Of a DNA stretch of 64,000 nt, positions 1 through 10,702 are shown piece after piece. This DNA comes from an uncultured candidatus Porisulfidus sp. (GTDB taxonomy: Bacteria > Pseudomonadota > Gammaproteobacteria > Poriferisulfidales > Oxydemutatoraceae). The first letter of the stretch is position 1; the number at the start of each line of letters is the position of its first letter. Under the pieces are notes generated by a model that searched no databases, was not told where the DNA came from, and saw only the letters and a program-made list of their open reading frames with translations. Made by a program: the position numbers and the translations under genes. The stretch is from NCBI GenBank assembly GCA_965215125.1, contig OZ244052.1:704001-768000 (forward strand), in the 5' to 3' direction.

Positions 1-1
1 T

Positions 2-919
2 TATGGTACGGTAAAGCCTAGAGAAAACGGTCTGCGTATTATAGTGCTTGCCAGCAACCCGGAGCTTTATTCGAACAAACGTTTAATTGAAGCAGGTGAG
101 GAGCGTGGTCACGAAATGCGCTTTGTAAACATCAGTCAGTGTTACATGAACATCAGCTCAGACAGACCGGAAGTGCATTATCGTGGAGGTCAGCTATTAG
201 ATGATGTAGATGCTATTATCCCACGCATTAAACCTTCAATGACATTTTATGGCTGCGCTGTTGCTCGTCAGTTTCAATCTACCGGAGCCTACTGCCTGAA
301 CGATTCAGTTTCCATTTCCCGATCACGCGACAAGCTACGCTCGTTGCAGCTACTATCTACCAAAGGAGTTCCTATGCCGACAACAGGCTTTGCAAATTCT
401 CCGATGGATACTTCTGATATTATTAAAATGGTAGGCGGTGCCCCTTTGGTAATCAAGCTATTAGAGGGAACACAGGGAAAAGGCGTAGTGCTGGCTGAAA
501 CAGCGAAGGCTGCAGAAAGTGTGATCAATGCCTTCAAGAGCTTACGAGCCAATATTTTAGCTCAAGAGTTTATTAAAGAAGCGGATGGCAAGGATTTACG
601 ATGTTTTATTATAGATGGTAAGGTAGTTGGTTCCATTCAGCGTGAGGCTGCGGCAGGAGAGTTTCGTGCTAACCTTCATCTTGGTGGATCTGCAAGTTTT
701 GTCAAGATTACCGCAGAAGAGCGTAAAATAGCAGTAAATGCTGCTAAAACTATGGGGCTTCAAGTGGCAGGTGTTGACATCATACGCTCTAAGTCCGGAC
801 CCAAAGTTTTGGAGATAAACTCCTCTCCTGGATTGGAAGGAATTGAATCTATCACTGAAAAAGACATAGCGGGTATGATGATTCAGTGTATTGAGCGCAA
901 GCTAAGAGAAGCACCTTAA
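2..919 (+). CDS. rimK: RimK-family ATP-grasp glutamate ligase, 5' truncated by the window edge
   Basis: Motifs [57 protein letters not shown]. The frame stays open from position 2 ([18 protein letters not shown]). Confidence 0.93.
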   Translation, partial: YGTVKPRENGLRIIVLASNPELYSNKRLIEAGEERGHEMRFVNISQCYMNISSDRPEVHYRGGQLLDDVDAIIPRIKPSMTFYGCAVARQFQSTGAYCLNDSVSISRSRDKLRSLQLLSTKGVPMPTTGFANSPMDTSDIIKMVGGAPLVIKLLEGTQGKGVVLAETAKAAESVINAFKSLRANILAQEFIKEADGKDLRCFIIDGKVVGSIQREAAAGEFRANLHLGGSASFVKITAEERKIAVNAAKTMGLQVAGVDIIRSKSGPKVLEINSSPGLEGIESITEKDIAGMMIQCIERKLREAP

Positions 920-1151
920 GATCTTCGTTTATAAACTGTTCATCATGAACCGATAAACAAAAAAACACTCACTAGCAGAACCAGCTCCACACCATTACTT
1001 ATCCAAAAGCCGTAATCATATTTTCGGATTTTTTGCTCATAATTTATAAAATCAATTTATTTGACATTCTTGCATAGATTAGTAGATAATCAATAGCGAA
1101 TTTAAACTGAACTAGAGGTTTATTAAATCTTCATTCCCTGAACAAGTAAAG

Positions 1152-1224
1152 TGGGTCGTATAGGATTCGAACCTATGACCATCGGGTTAAAAGCCCGGTG
1201 CTCTACCAGCTGAGCTAACGACCC
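1152..1224 (-). tRNA. tRNA-Lys (anticodon TTT), CCA not encoded
   Basis: Reverse complement GGGTCGTTAGCTCAGCTGGTAGAGCACCGGGCTTTTAACCCGATGGTCATAGGTTCGAATCCTATACGACCCA forms a cloverleaf with a TTT anticodon and a GTTCGAATC T-loop. Confidence 0.96.
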
Positions 1225-1296
1225 ACCGAAAACATCGGTGCCGAAATAAAGCGCAAAACCGCCTACTCGGGAGGCAACCATGCTTTTCCAGCGATG

Positions 1297-1324
1297 AGTA
1301 TAAAAGCATTTTTATTATTGTCAA
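1297..1324 (-). promoter_or_regulatory. sigma70 promoter of tRNA-Lys
   Basis: Minus strand TTGACA-16 nt-TATACT about 70 nt upstream of the tRNA. A 16-bp spacer is typical of stable-RNA promoters. Confidence 0.7.
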
Positions 1325-1533
1325 ATAATAATGGCAATTTTAATATAAAATCCTCGTTATCGGGGAATATAAAGTGATTCCTTTTAGGATCGGATAAATA
1401 ATGATGTCGGAATACCGACTAAAAATGCATAACACGAACGGGTATCCTAATTTCACGATACAGCTTTCGGTGTCGTTGCAGGCAGATCAATGCCTACCAG
1501 TCTCATTCGCGCACGGACTACGGATAAGATCGA

Positions 1534-1809
1534 TTACTTGGATGTATTATGATTGTCTTTCTTCTTGAAACGATCTATGAAATCCCAAATAGCAGTTAAA
1601 AATTTCATTGTGATCCAACCAGCAGCCGAAAATTGTATAAGAAAGCCCAGCCATTGAGAAATCGGGTTGTTTGTTTCTATTCCTAACTCCGCTAGGAACA
1701 TACCGAATATTCCTATCGCTATTGCTGCGAGTAATTCAGTAAAACTTACAGCATCATTGTTTGTGTTCCTTTGCCGATATTTATATTCAAAGGTGTCGGT
1801 TGTCTCCAT
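1534..1809 (-). CDS. Small two-TM hypothetical membrane protein
   Basis: Two hydrophobic stretches. Likely start is METTDTF at 1809 after an AGGGAG-like RBS; the ORF track extends to 1890. Confidence 0.5.
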   Translation of the reverse strand: METTDTFEYKYRQRNTNNDAVSFTELLAAIAIGIFGMFLAELGIETNNPISQWLGFLIQFSAAGWITMKFLTAIWDFIDRFKKKDNHNTSK

Positions 1810-2014
1810 TGATAATCTCCCTCTACAAACTCTTTCCACTATGTATGAGATATAGAGAACTATAACATAACACGATGCCACATACTTCAATTTCTTGACA
1901 CCCTCTCCCCGTATCAGTTATATTTACATATACTATGACAGTTCAATGCTAACTCCCGGACATAAGCTGTTATAATTTAGACTTTAGAACCATCACATCA
2001 GTAGAGGTATTTTC

Positions 2015-2335
2015 ATGTTTGATTTTTTAAAGAAAAAGCCCGGTAAATTTAATGTAACCATTGCCAACACAGGACAGACTTTCGAAGTGGAGGGCAAAAT
2101 AAATCTTTTGCAAGCCGCATTGAATGCAGGCATCAAATGGCCCCACGATTGTAGGGTCGGGAGTTGCGGCACTTGCAGGTGTATCTTAAAAGAAGGGAAA
2201 ATAAAGCCACTCAACGATTTTAGTTATGTACTCGACAAGGAGCAGACGGACAAGGGCATGATTTTAGCCTGTCAGAGTAGGCTGACTAGCGATATTACCG
2301 TTGAAGTTGATTTTGACCAAGGCGCATTGCGCTAA
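2015..2335 (+). CDS. 2Fe-2S ferredoxin (plant-type)
   Basis: CRVGSCGTC...LACQ cysteine pattern; AGAGGT RBS. Confidence 0.9.
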   Translation: MFDFLKKKPGKFNVTIANTGQTFEVEGKINLLQAALNAGIKWPHDCRVGSCGTCRCILKEGKIKPLNDFSYVLDKEQTDKGMILACQSRLTSDITVEVDFDQGALR

Positions 2336-2364
2336 GCAATTCAGCTTCGGCTATTGCCTATAAA

Positions 2365-3408
2365 GTGCATTCGCCGTTTCCCGTCAAAACAACCGCTAGA
2401 CGCAGATTTATTTTACTGCTGGTATTTTCACTGCCGGTTGCTTTTTTAATATCCCTCAAACAAGGCACCGTCGCCATAGAGTGGCAAGAACTTTTTTCGG
2501 TATTCGGCCTAGCTCAGCAATCGGTAGATAAAACTGCCCGTATTATCCTGTTGGAGCTTAGACTGCCCCGACTTTTAATCGTGGCAACTACGGGTGCAGC
2601 ACTCGCTTTATCGGGTGCCGTGATGCAAGGGATATTCAGAAACGCACTAGCAGATCCAGCCTTGCTGGGTATTTCATCGGGCGGTGCCCTAGCCGTTGTT
2701 TTGATCCTCGTTACCGGCATCGCACCGTTATCGTGGACCGCCGAGAGTGCCTTGTTTCTACCTAGTGTTGCCTTCTTAGGTGGCATCGTCGTCGCCGTGT
2801 TTATTTATCGGGTAGCTCGACGACACGATTTTTTGGACAACACCGTCCTCTTGCTAATCGGCATTGCAATCAACGCACTGACTGCCGCAGCCATAGGTTT
2901 TATTACCTTCATTAGCACCGATGCAGCGTTGCGCGGTTTCATTTTCTGGATGTTCGGTAGCTTTGCCGATATCGATTGGACATATCTTTTTCCGGTTGTC
3001 GTATTGATGTTGCCTGCATTTATTTTTCTCTTAGGTATGGCGCGACCCTTAAACGCACTGTCGCTGGGCGACGAAGATACCGTCTATTTAGGATTTAATA
3101 TTGAGCGCATTAAAAAAACGGCTTTATTGTGCGTTGCTCTATGCGTCTGCGTATCGGTTGCCGTCGCCGGCATTATCGGTTTCGTGGGGCTGATCGTGCC
3201 GCATCTGGTTCGCCTGGTTATCGGTGCCGATCACCGTTTTCTGTTACCGGCGACTGCCATAACCGGCGCATTGTTTCTATTGCTTGCCGATACGATTGTG
3301 CGTGTGATATTACAACCTTCCGAACTACCTATCGGAATATTAACGGCAATGGTTGGCGTGCCTTTTTTCGTTTTGTTGGTATTAAAACGATACGGTGAGA
3401 AATTATGA
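2365..3408 (+). CDS. FecCD/HmuU-type heme/iron/cobalamin ABC transporter permease
   Basis: LRLPR, QGIFRNALADPALLGISSG, GIIGFVGLIVPHLVR, ELPIGILT motifs. Confidence 0.9.
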   Translation: MHSPFPVKTTARRRFILLLVFSLPVAFLISLKQGTVAIEWQELFSVFGLAQQSVDKTARIILLELRLPRLLIVATTGAALALSGAVMQGIFRNALADPALLGISSGGALAVVLILVTGIAPLSWTAESALFLPSVAFLGGIVVAVFIYRVARRHDFLDNTVLLLIGIAINALTAAAIGFITFISTDAALRGFIFWMFGSFADIDWTYLFPVVVLMLPAFIFLLGMARPLNALSLGDEDTVYLGFNIERIKKTALLCVALCVCVSVAVAGIIGFVGLIVPHLVRLVIGADHRFLLPATAITGALFLLLADTIVRVILQPSELPIGILTAMVGVPFFVLLVLKRYGEKL

Positions 3409-4184
3409 CACATTATTTGACATCGCACGATTTGAGTTATCGTGTCGGGCGGGCTTGTCTGCTTGACCGAATCAATAGCCGCTTCAACAAAGGTCAAGTC
3501 AATATGTTGATCGGAAATAACGGTGCAGGTAAAACAACGTTGTTGCGCCTATTGGCGGGCTTTTTGAGGCCCGGTTCGGGCTCAATTTCCATAGACGGAG
3601 ATAGTCTATCCGACCTCAACCTTAGAGAACTGGCACGTCGTCGGGCGGTATTACCGCAACACGACGCACTCAATACGGTTTTTAGCGTAGACGAGGTTAT
3701 AAGTTTTGCCGAACTGCCTTTTAGCGATCAATCGGAAAATCGATACACTGTAGCGCATCTCAAAAAGTTAAAGGAGGAAATTATAGAAGCACTGGAAATT
3801 AAAGATTTACAAGATCGGTTATACCACACTTTGTCCGGTGGTGAGAAGCAGCGCGTGCGGCTTGCGCGCGTGATACTGCAAGCCAAATTAGGTGAACAAG
3901 GTAAAGGTTGGTTGTTACTTGACGAGCCGCTAACTTCTCTGGATTGGGGGCATTGCCATAAATTGCTCAATTATCTGCACCACCTAGCAACCGAAGGTTT
4001 AGGGATATTAGCGATAATGCATGATCTCAATTCGGTATTACAATACGCCGATGAAGTTTGTATGCTTCACCGAGGACGAGTGTATGCAACCGGACGCAGT
4101 GCCGATGTATTAAACGAAAAAAACATGAAAAATGTTTTTAATATCACTCCTGATTTTTGCAAACCACCCACAGGGGCAGAATAA
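3405..4184 (+). CDS. HmuV-type ABC transporter ATP-binding subunit
   Basis: Walker A GNNGAGKTT, LSGGEKQRVRLARV, LLLDEP; overlaps the permease stop. Confidence 0.9.
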   Translation: MTHYLTSHDLSYRVGRACLLDRINSRFNKGQVNMLIGNNGAGKTTLLRLLAGFLRPGSGSISIDGDSLSDLNLRELARRRAVLPQHDALNTVFSVDEVISFAELPFSDQSENRYTVAHLKKLKEEIIEALEIKDLQDRLYHTLSGGEKQRVRLARVILQAKLGEQGKGWLLLDEPLTSLDWGHCHKLLNYLHHLATEGLGILAIMHDLNSVLQYADEVCMLHRGRVYATGRSADVLNEKNMKNVFNITPDFCKPPTGAE

Positions 4185-4185
4185 A

Positions 4186-4376
4186 GCCGCCGATTGAACC
4201 GGTAGGTCAATCGGCAATTCAATGATATCCACCCCCAAATAGTATGCCGACACCATTACCGCACTCACCCATCAATTTATGAAAACCATAATTGGAGTGC
4301 GCGTAGCGGTTGAGATAGTACAAGTACAACACTTTAGGGAAGGCATACTAAGCTAAAGAGGAATAGTCTGCCTTAC
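4186..4376. repeat. Mosaic intergenic repeat (GCCGATTGA palindrome plus MITE-internal module)
   Basis: GCCGATTGAACCGGTAGGTCAATCGGC recurs at about 49022, 53220 and 56991. The stretch at about 4230-4312 is a reverse-complement match to about 51088-51165. Confidence 0.7.
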
Positions 4377-4406
4377 GGGTAGGAATCGTGATCGGTTGGT
4401 GCTATA

Positions 4407-5678
4407 TCATTGTGCATCGCCGACCGGTGCGGCGAATGCATCGCCGGCGAGTTCGGCTATGTTGGCACCGGTTAAAGTTTTAAGAAACGCAAGCAGTGCT
4501 TGCTTTTCTTGTTGCTTAAGTGCTAACGCTTTAATCAGAGGGCTCAACCTAGGGTTTGGTATACCCCCTTTGTCGTAGAATTCAATGACTGCTTCCAAGG
4601 TTGTCAGTTGACCGTTGTGCATATACGGTGCGCTGAGTTCTATATTACGCAGTGTAGGCGTTAGGTATTTCCATAAATCGGTCGGATTTTCGCTCACTTC
4701 GTATCGTCCTAAATCGTTTCTCATAGTTTGTCGGCTTTGCGATACCGAATTGATTAATTCGCTTTTGACATCTACGAAAGTGCCCGGTGCCAGTTGCACG
4801 CGATAAGTCGAAGGTTCCTTACTCATCGCAATATCGTAACCCAGACCGGTATTATGTAGCGAGTTGTCGGTGAACAATGCGTATTCTTCACCGATTAAAT
4901 GGCATGCGGAACAAGCCCCCTTGCCGGTGAATATCTCAAAACCAAGCTGTTCTTCTTCGTTCAACAGTGCCCTTTCATCACCGTAGTACCAGCGATCAAA
5001 ACGGGAGTTTGCAGAGATTAGCGTGCGCTGATATTGAGCGAGTGCCATTCCTATGGTCTCCATAGAAGCCGAGCGACCGAATGCCTTTTCAAACAAACCA
5101 TCATAATCTTTGATCTTGTTAATTTTTTGTATTACATAGCCTATCGAAGGATTTGCCATTTCGTTGCGTGCCAACATCGGTGTCCATACTTGATTTTCCA
5201 ATGTGAATTCTCTGCCGTCGTGGAATAGCATCGTCTTATAGGCAACATTGAGTATCGTCGGCGCATTGCGCCGCACACTGCGACCTTCTACACCAACCGA
5301 AGTTTGGTGTTCGTTATTGGCAAAACCCATTTCGGGTACGTGGCAAATAGCACACGACATCGTGTCGTTGATAGACAGCCGCCTATCAAAAAATAATCGT
5401 CTGCCGAGTTCAATCCCTGTACGGTTGAGCGGATTGTCGGGCGGGTGTTGTACCGGCGGTACGCCGAGTTGTGAAGTGGTGGCTACTTTGTAAAGATCCG
5501 CTGCCACACCGATCCGTTCCATCAGGCTTTCGGTTCGGGTTGCATAATCGGATGACTCATAGCCGTCGCGCACATCACCCGAACGCGGTAATGTCTGATT
5601 TGCCGACCAAGCCACCGACAGTAATACAACGGCAATGATGCCACCGAAGGTGTTTAAGATAGGAACACGCCTATTCAT
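4407..5678 (-). CDS. Di-heme cytochrome c peroxidase / MauG-MbnH family protein
   Basis: Two CxxCH motifs (CAICH, CSACH), LGRRLFFDRRLS, RNAPTILN, TPTLRNIELSAPYMHNG; signal peptide. Confidence 0.9.
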   Translation of the reverse strand: MNRRVPILNTFGGIIAVVLLSVAWSANQTLPRSGDVRDGYESSDYATRTESLMERIGVAADLYKVATTSQLGVPPVQHPPDNPLNRTGIELGRRLFFDRRLSINDTMSCAICHVPEMGFANNEHQTSVGVEGRSVRRNAPTILNVAYKTMLFHDGREFTLENQVWTPMLARNEMANPSIGYVIQKINKIKDYDGLFEKAFGRSASMETIGMALAQYQRTLISANSRFDRWYYGDERALLNEEEQLGFEIFTGKGACSACHLIGEEYALFTDNSLHNTGLGYDIAMSKEPSTYRVQLAPGTFVDVKSELINSVSQSRQTMRNDLGRYEVSENPTDLWKYLTPTLRNIELSAPYMHNGQLTTLEAVIEFYDKGGIPNPRLSPLIKALALKQQEKQALLAFLKTLTGANIAELAGDAFAAPVGDAQ

Positions 5679-6415
5679 CCGCTCACTTGCGGACGATTTT
5701 CTTGCAGTATGGTTTTGATATCGTTTAAGACGATATTCGGATGTAAATAACTAACGCTATAGATATTTCGTATATAGCCTTGTTTGTCTATTAAAAAGGA
5801 TTTTAATACATGGGCAAAGTTTACTTTTTCGGTATCACCTTCTTTTTCAACGGTTTTGAATACAAACTGCCCGTATTCATCGAGTATAGGGTCTAGTTGT
5901 TCTTGCGAACGGGTTGTCGCGAATACCCACTCAACGGCACCGTCCTTCTTAAAATCCTCGCCGTAAGATTTCATCGCATCGGGGGTGTCCCTTTCCGGGT
6001 CAAAGCTCAATGTGATTAGGCGTATATCGCCGTTCATCGCCGAATTTTCTTTTAAGGTCTTATTCATCGAATGCATCACGAAGGTCGTCAAAGGACAGCC
6101 GTTGACATCCGAACAACTGGTATAGATAAAAGATAGCAACACAGCTTTGTCTCCTATATATTCGTCGAGATTCGCTTTATCACCATTGCTTAATAAAATC
6201 TCGCCGCTGCCAGCTTTTTTGATCCGTGGCAGTTTGTAGGTACCGACCTCGGGCGGTGTGAAATCCAATTCACCCCAGCCGGGGGCTAGTATTTCGGTTT
6301 TCTGCTCGGGAATCTCTTCGCTCTTCGGGATCGCTGGGGTCGTCGTTGCATATTGCCAGCTGAGCGCGGCTAAAATTACGATAACCGCAACGATGTAAAA
6401 ACCACGTCGCATCAT
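5675..6415 (-). CDS. SCO1/SenC family copper chaperone
   Basis: FIYTSCSDVNGCP, LSFDPERDTP, AHVLKSFLIDKQGYIRNIY; N-terminal anchor. Confidence 0.88.
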   Translation of the reverse strand: MMRRGFYIVAVIVILAALSWQYATTTPAIPKSEEIPEQKTEILAPGWGELDFTPPEVGTYKLPRIKKAGSGEILLSNGDKANLDEYIGDKAVLLSFIYTSCSDVNGCPLTTFVMHSMNKTLKENSAMNGDIRLITLSFDPERDTPDAMKSYGEDFKKDGAVEWVFATTRSQEQLDPILDEYGQFVFKTVEKEGDTEKVNFAHVLKSFLIDKQGYIRNIYSVSYLHPNIVLNDIKTILQENRPQVSG

Positions 6416-6535
6416 ACATAAACTCCTTTATAATCCAAACAATTGCATGTCTTCTAATACTATAACTTTATATATAATACTATATTAGAACAAAAAATGT
6501 CATTCGCAATTTATCTATACGTTCGTCGTCATCTA

Positions 6536-7456
6536 TCAATTATGATCTAAAGTTGAATGAAGCGAATACTTTCCTGAGTCTATAATGCAAGGTGGTATAA
6601 GTAAACGAATATTTATATCTTCTCGTAAAGCCAACGAGTTGAGCATTAAATCAATACCTCTACGGGAGCTAAGGGCTTTTTGACGCCATTTTATTGCCAT
6701 CGATAGAGTTAGTATATAAGCCTTGGATGAGCTTACTTCGGTACTTCCCGTAGTGGAATACGGCTTGGCTATACGATGGTTCGGTGTCAGTTTATACCAA
6801 GATTTCATATCTTGTACGGGTATAGCCCCGATTCGTGAGGCATGACCGTAACTTTGAAACGGAATACTTTGTAATTTATGTATGAATTTTGTCCATACAT
6901 AATGGACAAAATTCATAGTTATTCGCCTAAAGGTATATGGATTTAAGCAAGGAAAGTATTTCTTATAAAGCAAGAGCTTATATAAAAAGTAAAAAAACAT
7001 ATACGGTTTGGTTTCCCTTTCTTTATGCAAACTTTCGATTAAAGGCATGATGATTTCATTAACAACAGAAGAGCGGCTGGCAAGCATTAGTATATCCCAA
7101 GGTACTTTTTGAGCGTTAGCCAATACTTCGGGAAAATCAGGCAATATATAACCGTCATCCTCCAACACACAAGCCACGGGAATGTTATGCTTAATCATCA
7201 AATTATAAATTTTGATATGGCTTAATGTGCAAGCATGGCCTTTTTTGACATTTCTATATATATGCTCTACTTCGGATTTATCCAAATTCAATTGATTTGC
7301 AATTCGTGCGCGGTTTTCTTTACTTAGTAAATCATATTTATCAATTGCATCTACAAAGTGGCAGTTTAGGTCAAAGGCATCAAATTGCCTCTGTATATGT
7401 AGTTTTCTTTCAGGAGTACGTTTTAAGTTAATAACATAAATAGGAATATCCGACAT
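6536..7456 (-). CDS. Glycosyltransferase family 25 protein
   Basis: YVINLKRTPERK, HACTLSHIKIY, ACVLEDD motifs; visibly AT-rich. Confidence 0.85.
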   Translation of the reverse strand: MSDIPIYVINLKRTPERKLHIQRQFDAFDLNCHFVDAIDKYDLLSKENRARIANQLNLDKSEVEHIYRNVKKGHACTLSHIKIYNLMIKHNIPVACVLEDDGYILPDFPEVLANAQKVPWDILMLASRSSVVNEIIMPLIESLHKERETKPYMFFYFLYKLLLYKKYFPCLNPYTFRRITMNFVHYVWTKFIHKLQSIPFQSYGHASRIGAIPVQDMKSWYKLTPNHRIAKPYSTTGSTEVSSSKAYILTLSMAIKWRQKALSSRRGIDLMLNSLALREDINIRLLIPPCIIDSGKYSLHSTLDHN

Positions 7457-7507
7457 GTATCGATGCCCCTAAATATGAGTAAACATGCTACACATTGCAT
7501 CGCATGC

Positions 7508-8887
7508 TCAAATATTTTGTAATATCCCTCGTACGCTCGCTTCGGCATCACCGAACTGCATACGCGTGTTTTCCTTAAAGAATAGTGGGTTGTCAATGCC
7601 GGCATAGCCGGTTGCCATGCTACGCTTGAACACGATGACGGTGGACGCTTTCCAGACTTCTATAACCGGCATGCCGGCGATAAGGCTGTTAGGGTCTTCG
7701 GAGAGCGGGTTGACGATATCGTTGGCACCGACGACCATCACCACATCGATATCGGGCATGTCGGGGTTGATTTCGTCCATTTCCAGAACGATGTCGTACG
7801 GCACATCGGCTTCGGCAAGCAAGATATTCATGTGTCCGGGTAGACGGCCGGCAACCGGATGTATCGCGAACCGTACATTGATATTTTTTTCCCGTAACAA
7901 TTTGACAAGTTCACTAATCGCATTTTGTGCGCGTGCCACCGCCATACCGTAGCCGGGGACAATCACAACCGCAGATGCTTCGTTAAGTATTCGAGCGGTT
8001 TCGTCGGCGTGTATCTCTTTGATATCGCCCTCTACATCGCCACTGATACTTCCGCTACTACCGAAACCACCGAGTATTACGCTAATAAAGCTCCGGTTCA
8101 TTGCACGACACATGATGTAGCTTAGAATAGCACCACTGGAACCTACCAAAGCACCGGTGATGATCAGTAAATCGTTGTTCAGCATAAAACCGGTCACCGC
8201 AGCCGCCCAACCCGAATAGCTATTCAACATCGATACGACGATAGGCATGTCCGCACCGCCGATTGCAGCGACCAAAAAAACGCCTAACAGCAAGGCCAGC
8301 GCAGTCATTATCAACAAGCTGATCCATGCGATATCGGCATCGGCAGCTAAAAACAAGTAGCCCAAAATAACCGAAACAATAACAATGGCAAGGTTGATTA
8401 GGTGTCGCGCCGGCAACATCAACGGTTTGCTTGAAAAAACGCCTTGCAGTTTTCCGAAAGCAACGATCGAGCCGGTAAAGGTTATCGCACCGATGAATAT
8501 GCCCAAATATATTTCCACCGAGTGTATCGTGTGTTCAACACCGGTGTATTGAATCGTCGGATCCAAGTAATTTGCATAACCCACCAATACCGCCGCAACC
8601 CCGACAAAGCTGTGCAACAAAGCAACCAGTTGCGGCATCTGCACCATTTCCACGCGACTGGCAACGAAAGCACCTATCGCAGCACCGACAAGCATAATCG
8701 GTAACAGATACTCCCAGCGTATTACCGCTAATGCTGCCAAGGTCATCGTCAAAGCGATGATCATTCCGGCGATGCCGAATAAATTTCCACGGCGAGCGGT
8801 TTCTTGATGGCTCAATCCACCCAAACTTAAAATAAAAAATACGCCGGCGATGACGTACGACATGGTAATCAGTCCTTGGCTAATCAT
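7508..8887 (-). CDS. pntB: NAD(P) transhydrogenase beta subunit
   Basis: [42 protein letters not shown]. Confidence 0.97.
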   Translation of the reverse strand: MISQGLITMSYVIAGVFFILSLGGLSHQETARRGNLFGIAGMIIALTMTLAALAVIRWEYLLPIMLVGAAIGAFVASRVEMVQMPQLVALLHSFVGVAAVLVGYANYLDPTIQYTGVEHTIHSVEIYLGIFIGAITFTGSIVAFGKLQGVFSSKPLMLPARHLINLAIVIVSVILGYLFLAADADIAWISLLIMTALALLLGVFLVAAIGGADMPIVVSMLNSYSGWAAAVTGFMLNNDLLIITGALVGSSGAILSYIMCRAMNRSFISVILGGFGSSGSISGDVEGDIKEIHADETARILNEASAVVIVPGYGMAVARAQNAISELVKLLREKNINVRFAIHPVAGRLPGHMNILLAEADVPYDIVLEMDEINPDMPDIDVVMVVGANDIVNPLSEDPNSLIAGMPVIEVWKASTVIVFKRSMATGYAGIDNPLFFKENTRMQFGDAEASVRGILQNI

Positions 8888-8901
8888 CGTCTATAGATCT
8901 A

Positions 8902-10446
8902 TTAACTCTTACGGAACATCTTCAACATTCGGTGGGTAACCAAAAATCCGCCGGCAACATTAATCATCGCAACGAACACCGCAACGATAGCCAACCATAA
9001 AACAACCGAAGTCGTGCTGACGGTTTGAACCAAAGCTCCGATGATGATAATTCCGCTGATCGCATTGGTGACACTCATCAACGGCGTATGTAGTGCCGGT
9101 GTGACATTCCAAATCACTTGCCAACCTACGAAACAGGCAAGCACAAATACGGTGAAATGCGCCATAAACGATTCGGGGGCTACCTGCCCCAAAGCCAGTA
9201 AAGCGACTCCGCCGATGACTAAATACAGCAAAGTCTTGAATAATTTTTTACGCGGCGATTCCGTGCTTTGCTCGGCAATAACTTCAGCCGCTTTGGGTTT
9301 TGGCGGTGGGGGTGGCGGTTGTGCACTCTCGGGCGGCGGCCAGAGTATCTCGGCTTTATGCGTTATTATCATACCGCGTACGATTTGATCTTCCAAGTCA
9401 ATGACCAATTTGCCGTCCTTCTCCGGGGTCATATCGCTTAACAGGTGTTGTATATTGGCAGCGTAAAAACGGCTTGATTGCGATGCCATACGACTCGGGA
9501 GGTTGGTATATCCGATGATCGTAACTTCGTGCTTGACTACCGCCTTATCGGCTTCGGTCAACTCGCAATTACCACCTTGTTCGGCAGCAAGGTCGACGAT
9601 CACACTACCGGCTTTCAATGCTTTAACCGCATCTTCGCTAATCAGTTGCGGTGCCGGTTTGCCGGGGATCAATGCGGTACTGACGATAATATCGACCTCT
9701 TTGGCTTGCTCCAAAAAGAGTTCACGCTCGGCTTGCAGAAATGCATCGCTCATTTGTTTGGCATAACCGCCACCGCCGCTACCCAACTCTTCCATATCAA
9801 TCGTTAGGAATTCCGCACCCATACTTTCTATTTGCTGTGCGACTTCGGGCCGCGTATCGAAGGCACGCACGATAGCCCCCATAGAACGCGCCGCACCTAT
9901 TGCGGCAAGACCGGCGACACCGGCACCGATGACCAATACTTTAGCGGGTGCTGCTCGCCCCGCTGCGGTACTTTGCCCGCCGAAGAAACGAGTAAAGTGA
10001 TTTGCCGCTTCTAACACTGCGCGATAACCTGCGATATTCGCCATCGAACTCAATGCATCAAGCTTCTGCGCGCGAGTGATGCGCGGCACTTGATCCATCG
10101 CCAATACCGTTGCGCCTCGGGCTTTAAGTTTATCTACCAGTTCTTTGTTTTGCGCCGGCCAGATAAAACAAATCAGCACCGTATCCGCAGCGATTAATTC
10201 GGCTTCTTGCGGTGTAGGTCCCTTGACTTTTAATATGATGTCGCTTTGTTGCCAAAGCACATCCGCACCGGATGCTATTTCGGCACCGGCTTCTTTGTAG
10301 ACATCGTCGCCGAAATCGGCTGCCTCGCCGGCACCCTGTTCGACAACGACCTGATAACCTAGTTTGACGAAATGACGTATGCTGTCCGGAGATGCAGCGA
10401 CGCGACGCTCCGCGGCCTGAATTTCTTTTAGGACTGCTATTTTCAT
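8902..10446 (-). CDS. pntA: NAD(P) transhydrogenase alpha subunit
   Basis: [44 protein letters not shown]. Confidence 0.97.
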   Translation of the reverse strand: MKIAVLKEIQAAERRVAASPDSIRHFVKLGYQVVVEQGAGEAADFGDDVYKEAGAEIASGADVLWQQSDIILKVKGPTPQEAELIAADTVLICFIWPAQNKELVDKLKARGATVLAMDQVPRITRAQKLDALSSMANIAGYRAVLEAANHFTRFFGGQSTAAGRAAPAKVLVIGAGVAGLAAIGAARSMGAIVRAFDTRPEVAQQIESMGAEFLTIDMEELGSGGGGYAKQMSDAFLQAERELFLEQAKEVDIIVSTALIPGKPAPQLISEDAVKALKAGSVIVDLAAEQGGNCELTEADKAVVKHEVTIIGYTNLPSRMASQSSRFYAANIQHLLSDMTPEKDGKLVIDLEDQIVRGMIITHKAEILWPPPESAQPPPPPPKPKAAEVIAEQSTESPRKKLFKTLLYLVIGGVALLALGQVAPESFMAHFTVFVLACFVGWQVIWNVTPALHTPLMSVTNAISGIIIIGALVQTVSTTSVVLWLAIVAVFVAMINVAGGFLVTHRMLKMFRKS

Positions 10447-10552
10447 TTTGCTTAGAATTGATTAGGATTAGAGACGCATATAATAATCTAAAATCCGAAT
10501 AATACCAAACCACTGTTCATCCTAATTCCACAGTAGGGTATGAAAATCGTAT

Positions 10553-10693
10553 GGGGTGGTTTATTCCCCTCCTGTGGAGGGGTGGCAGGCGCAGCCTGAC
10601 GGGGTGGTTTATTCCCCTCCTTCGGAGGGGTGGCAGGCTGTGCCTGACGGGGTGGTCTTCCCCTCCTGTGGAGGGGCATGGGCTTGCCCCTAC
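10553..10693. repeat. Tandem array of a 48-bp REP-like unit (about 2.6 copies) plus a GTAG-type REP end
   Basis: GGGGTGGTTTATTCCCCTCCTGTGGAGGGGTGGCAGGCGCAGCCTGAC starts at 10553 and 10601, with a partial third copy at 10649; the array ends in GGGCTTGCCCCTAC. Confidence 0.9.
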
Positions 10694-10702
10694 GCGGGTC
10701 GT

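Noticed and set aside
1061-1090. Plus-strand TTGACA...GATAAT promoter antisense to tRNA-Lys
   Set aside because: Suboptimal spacing in AT-rich DNA and no downstream gene; may be chance.
10553-10693. Possible CRISPR array
   Set aside because: The units are directly tandem with no unique spacers, recur singly elsewhere as REP-like hairpins, and no cas genes are present.
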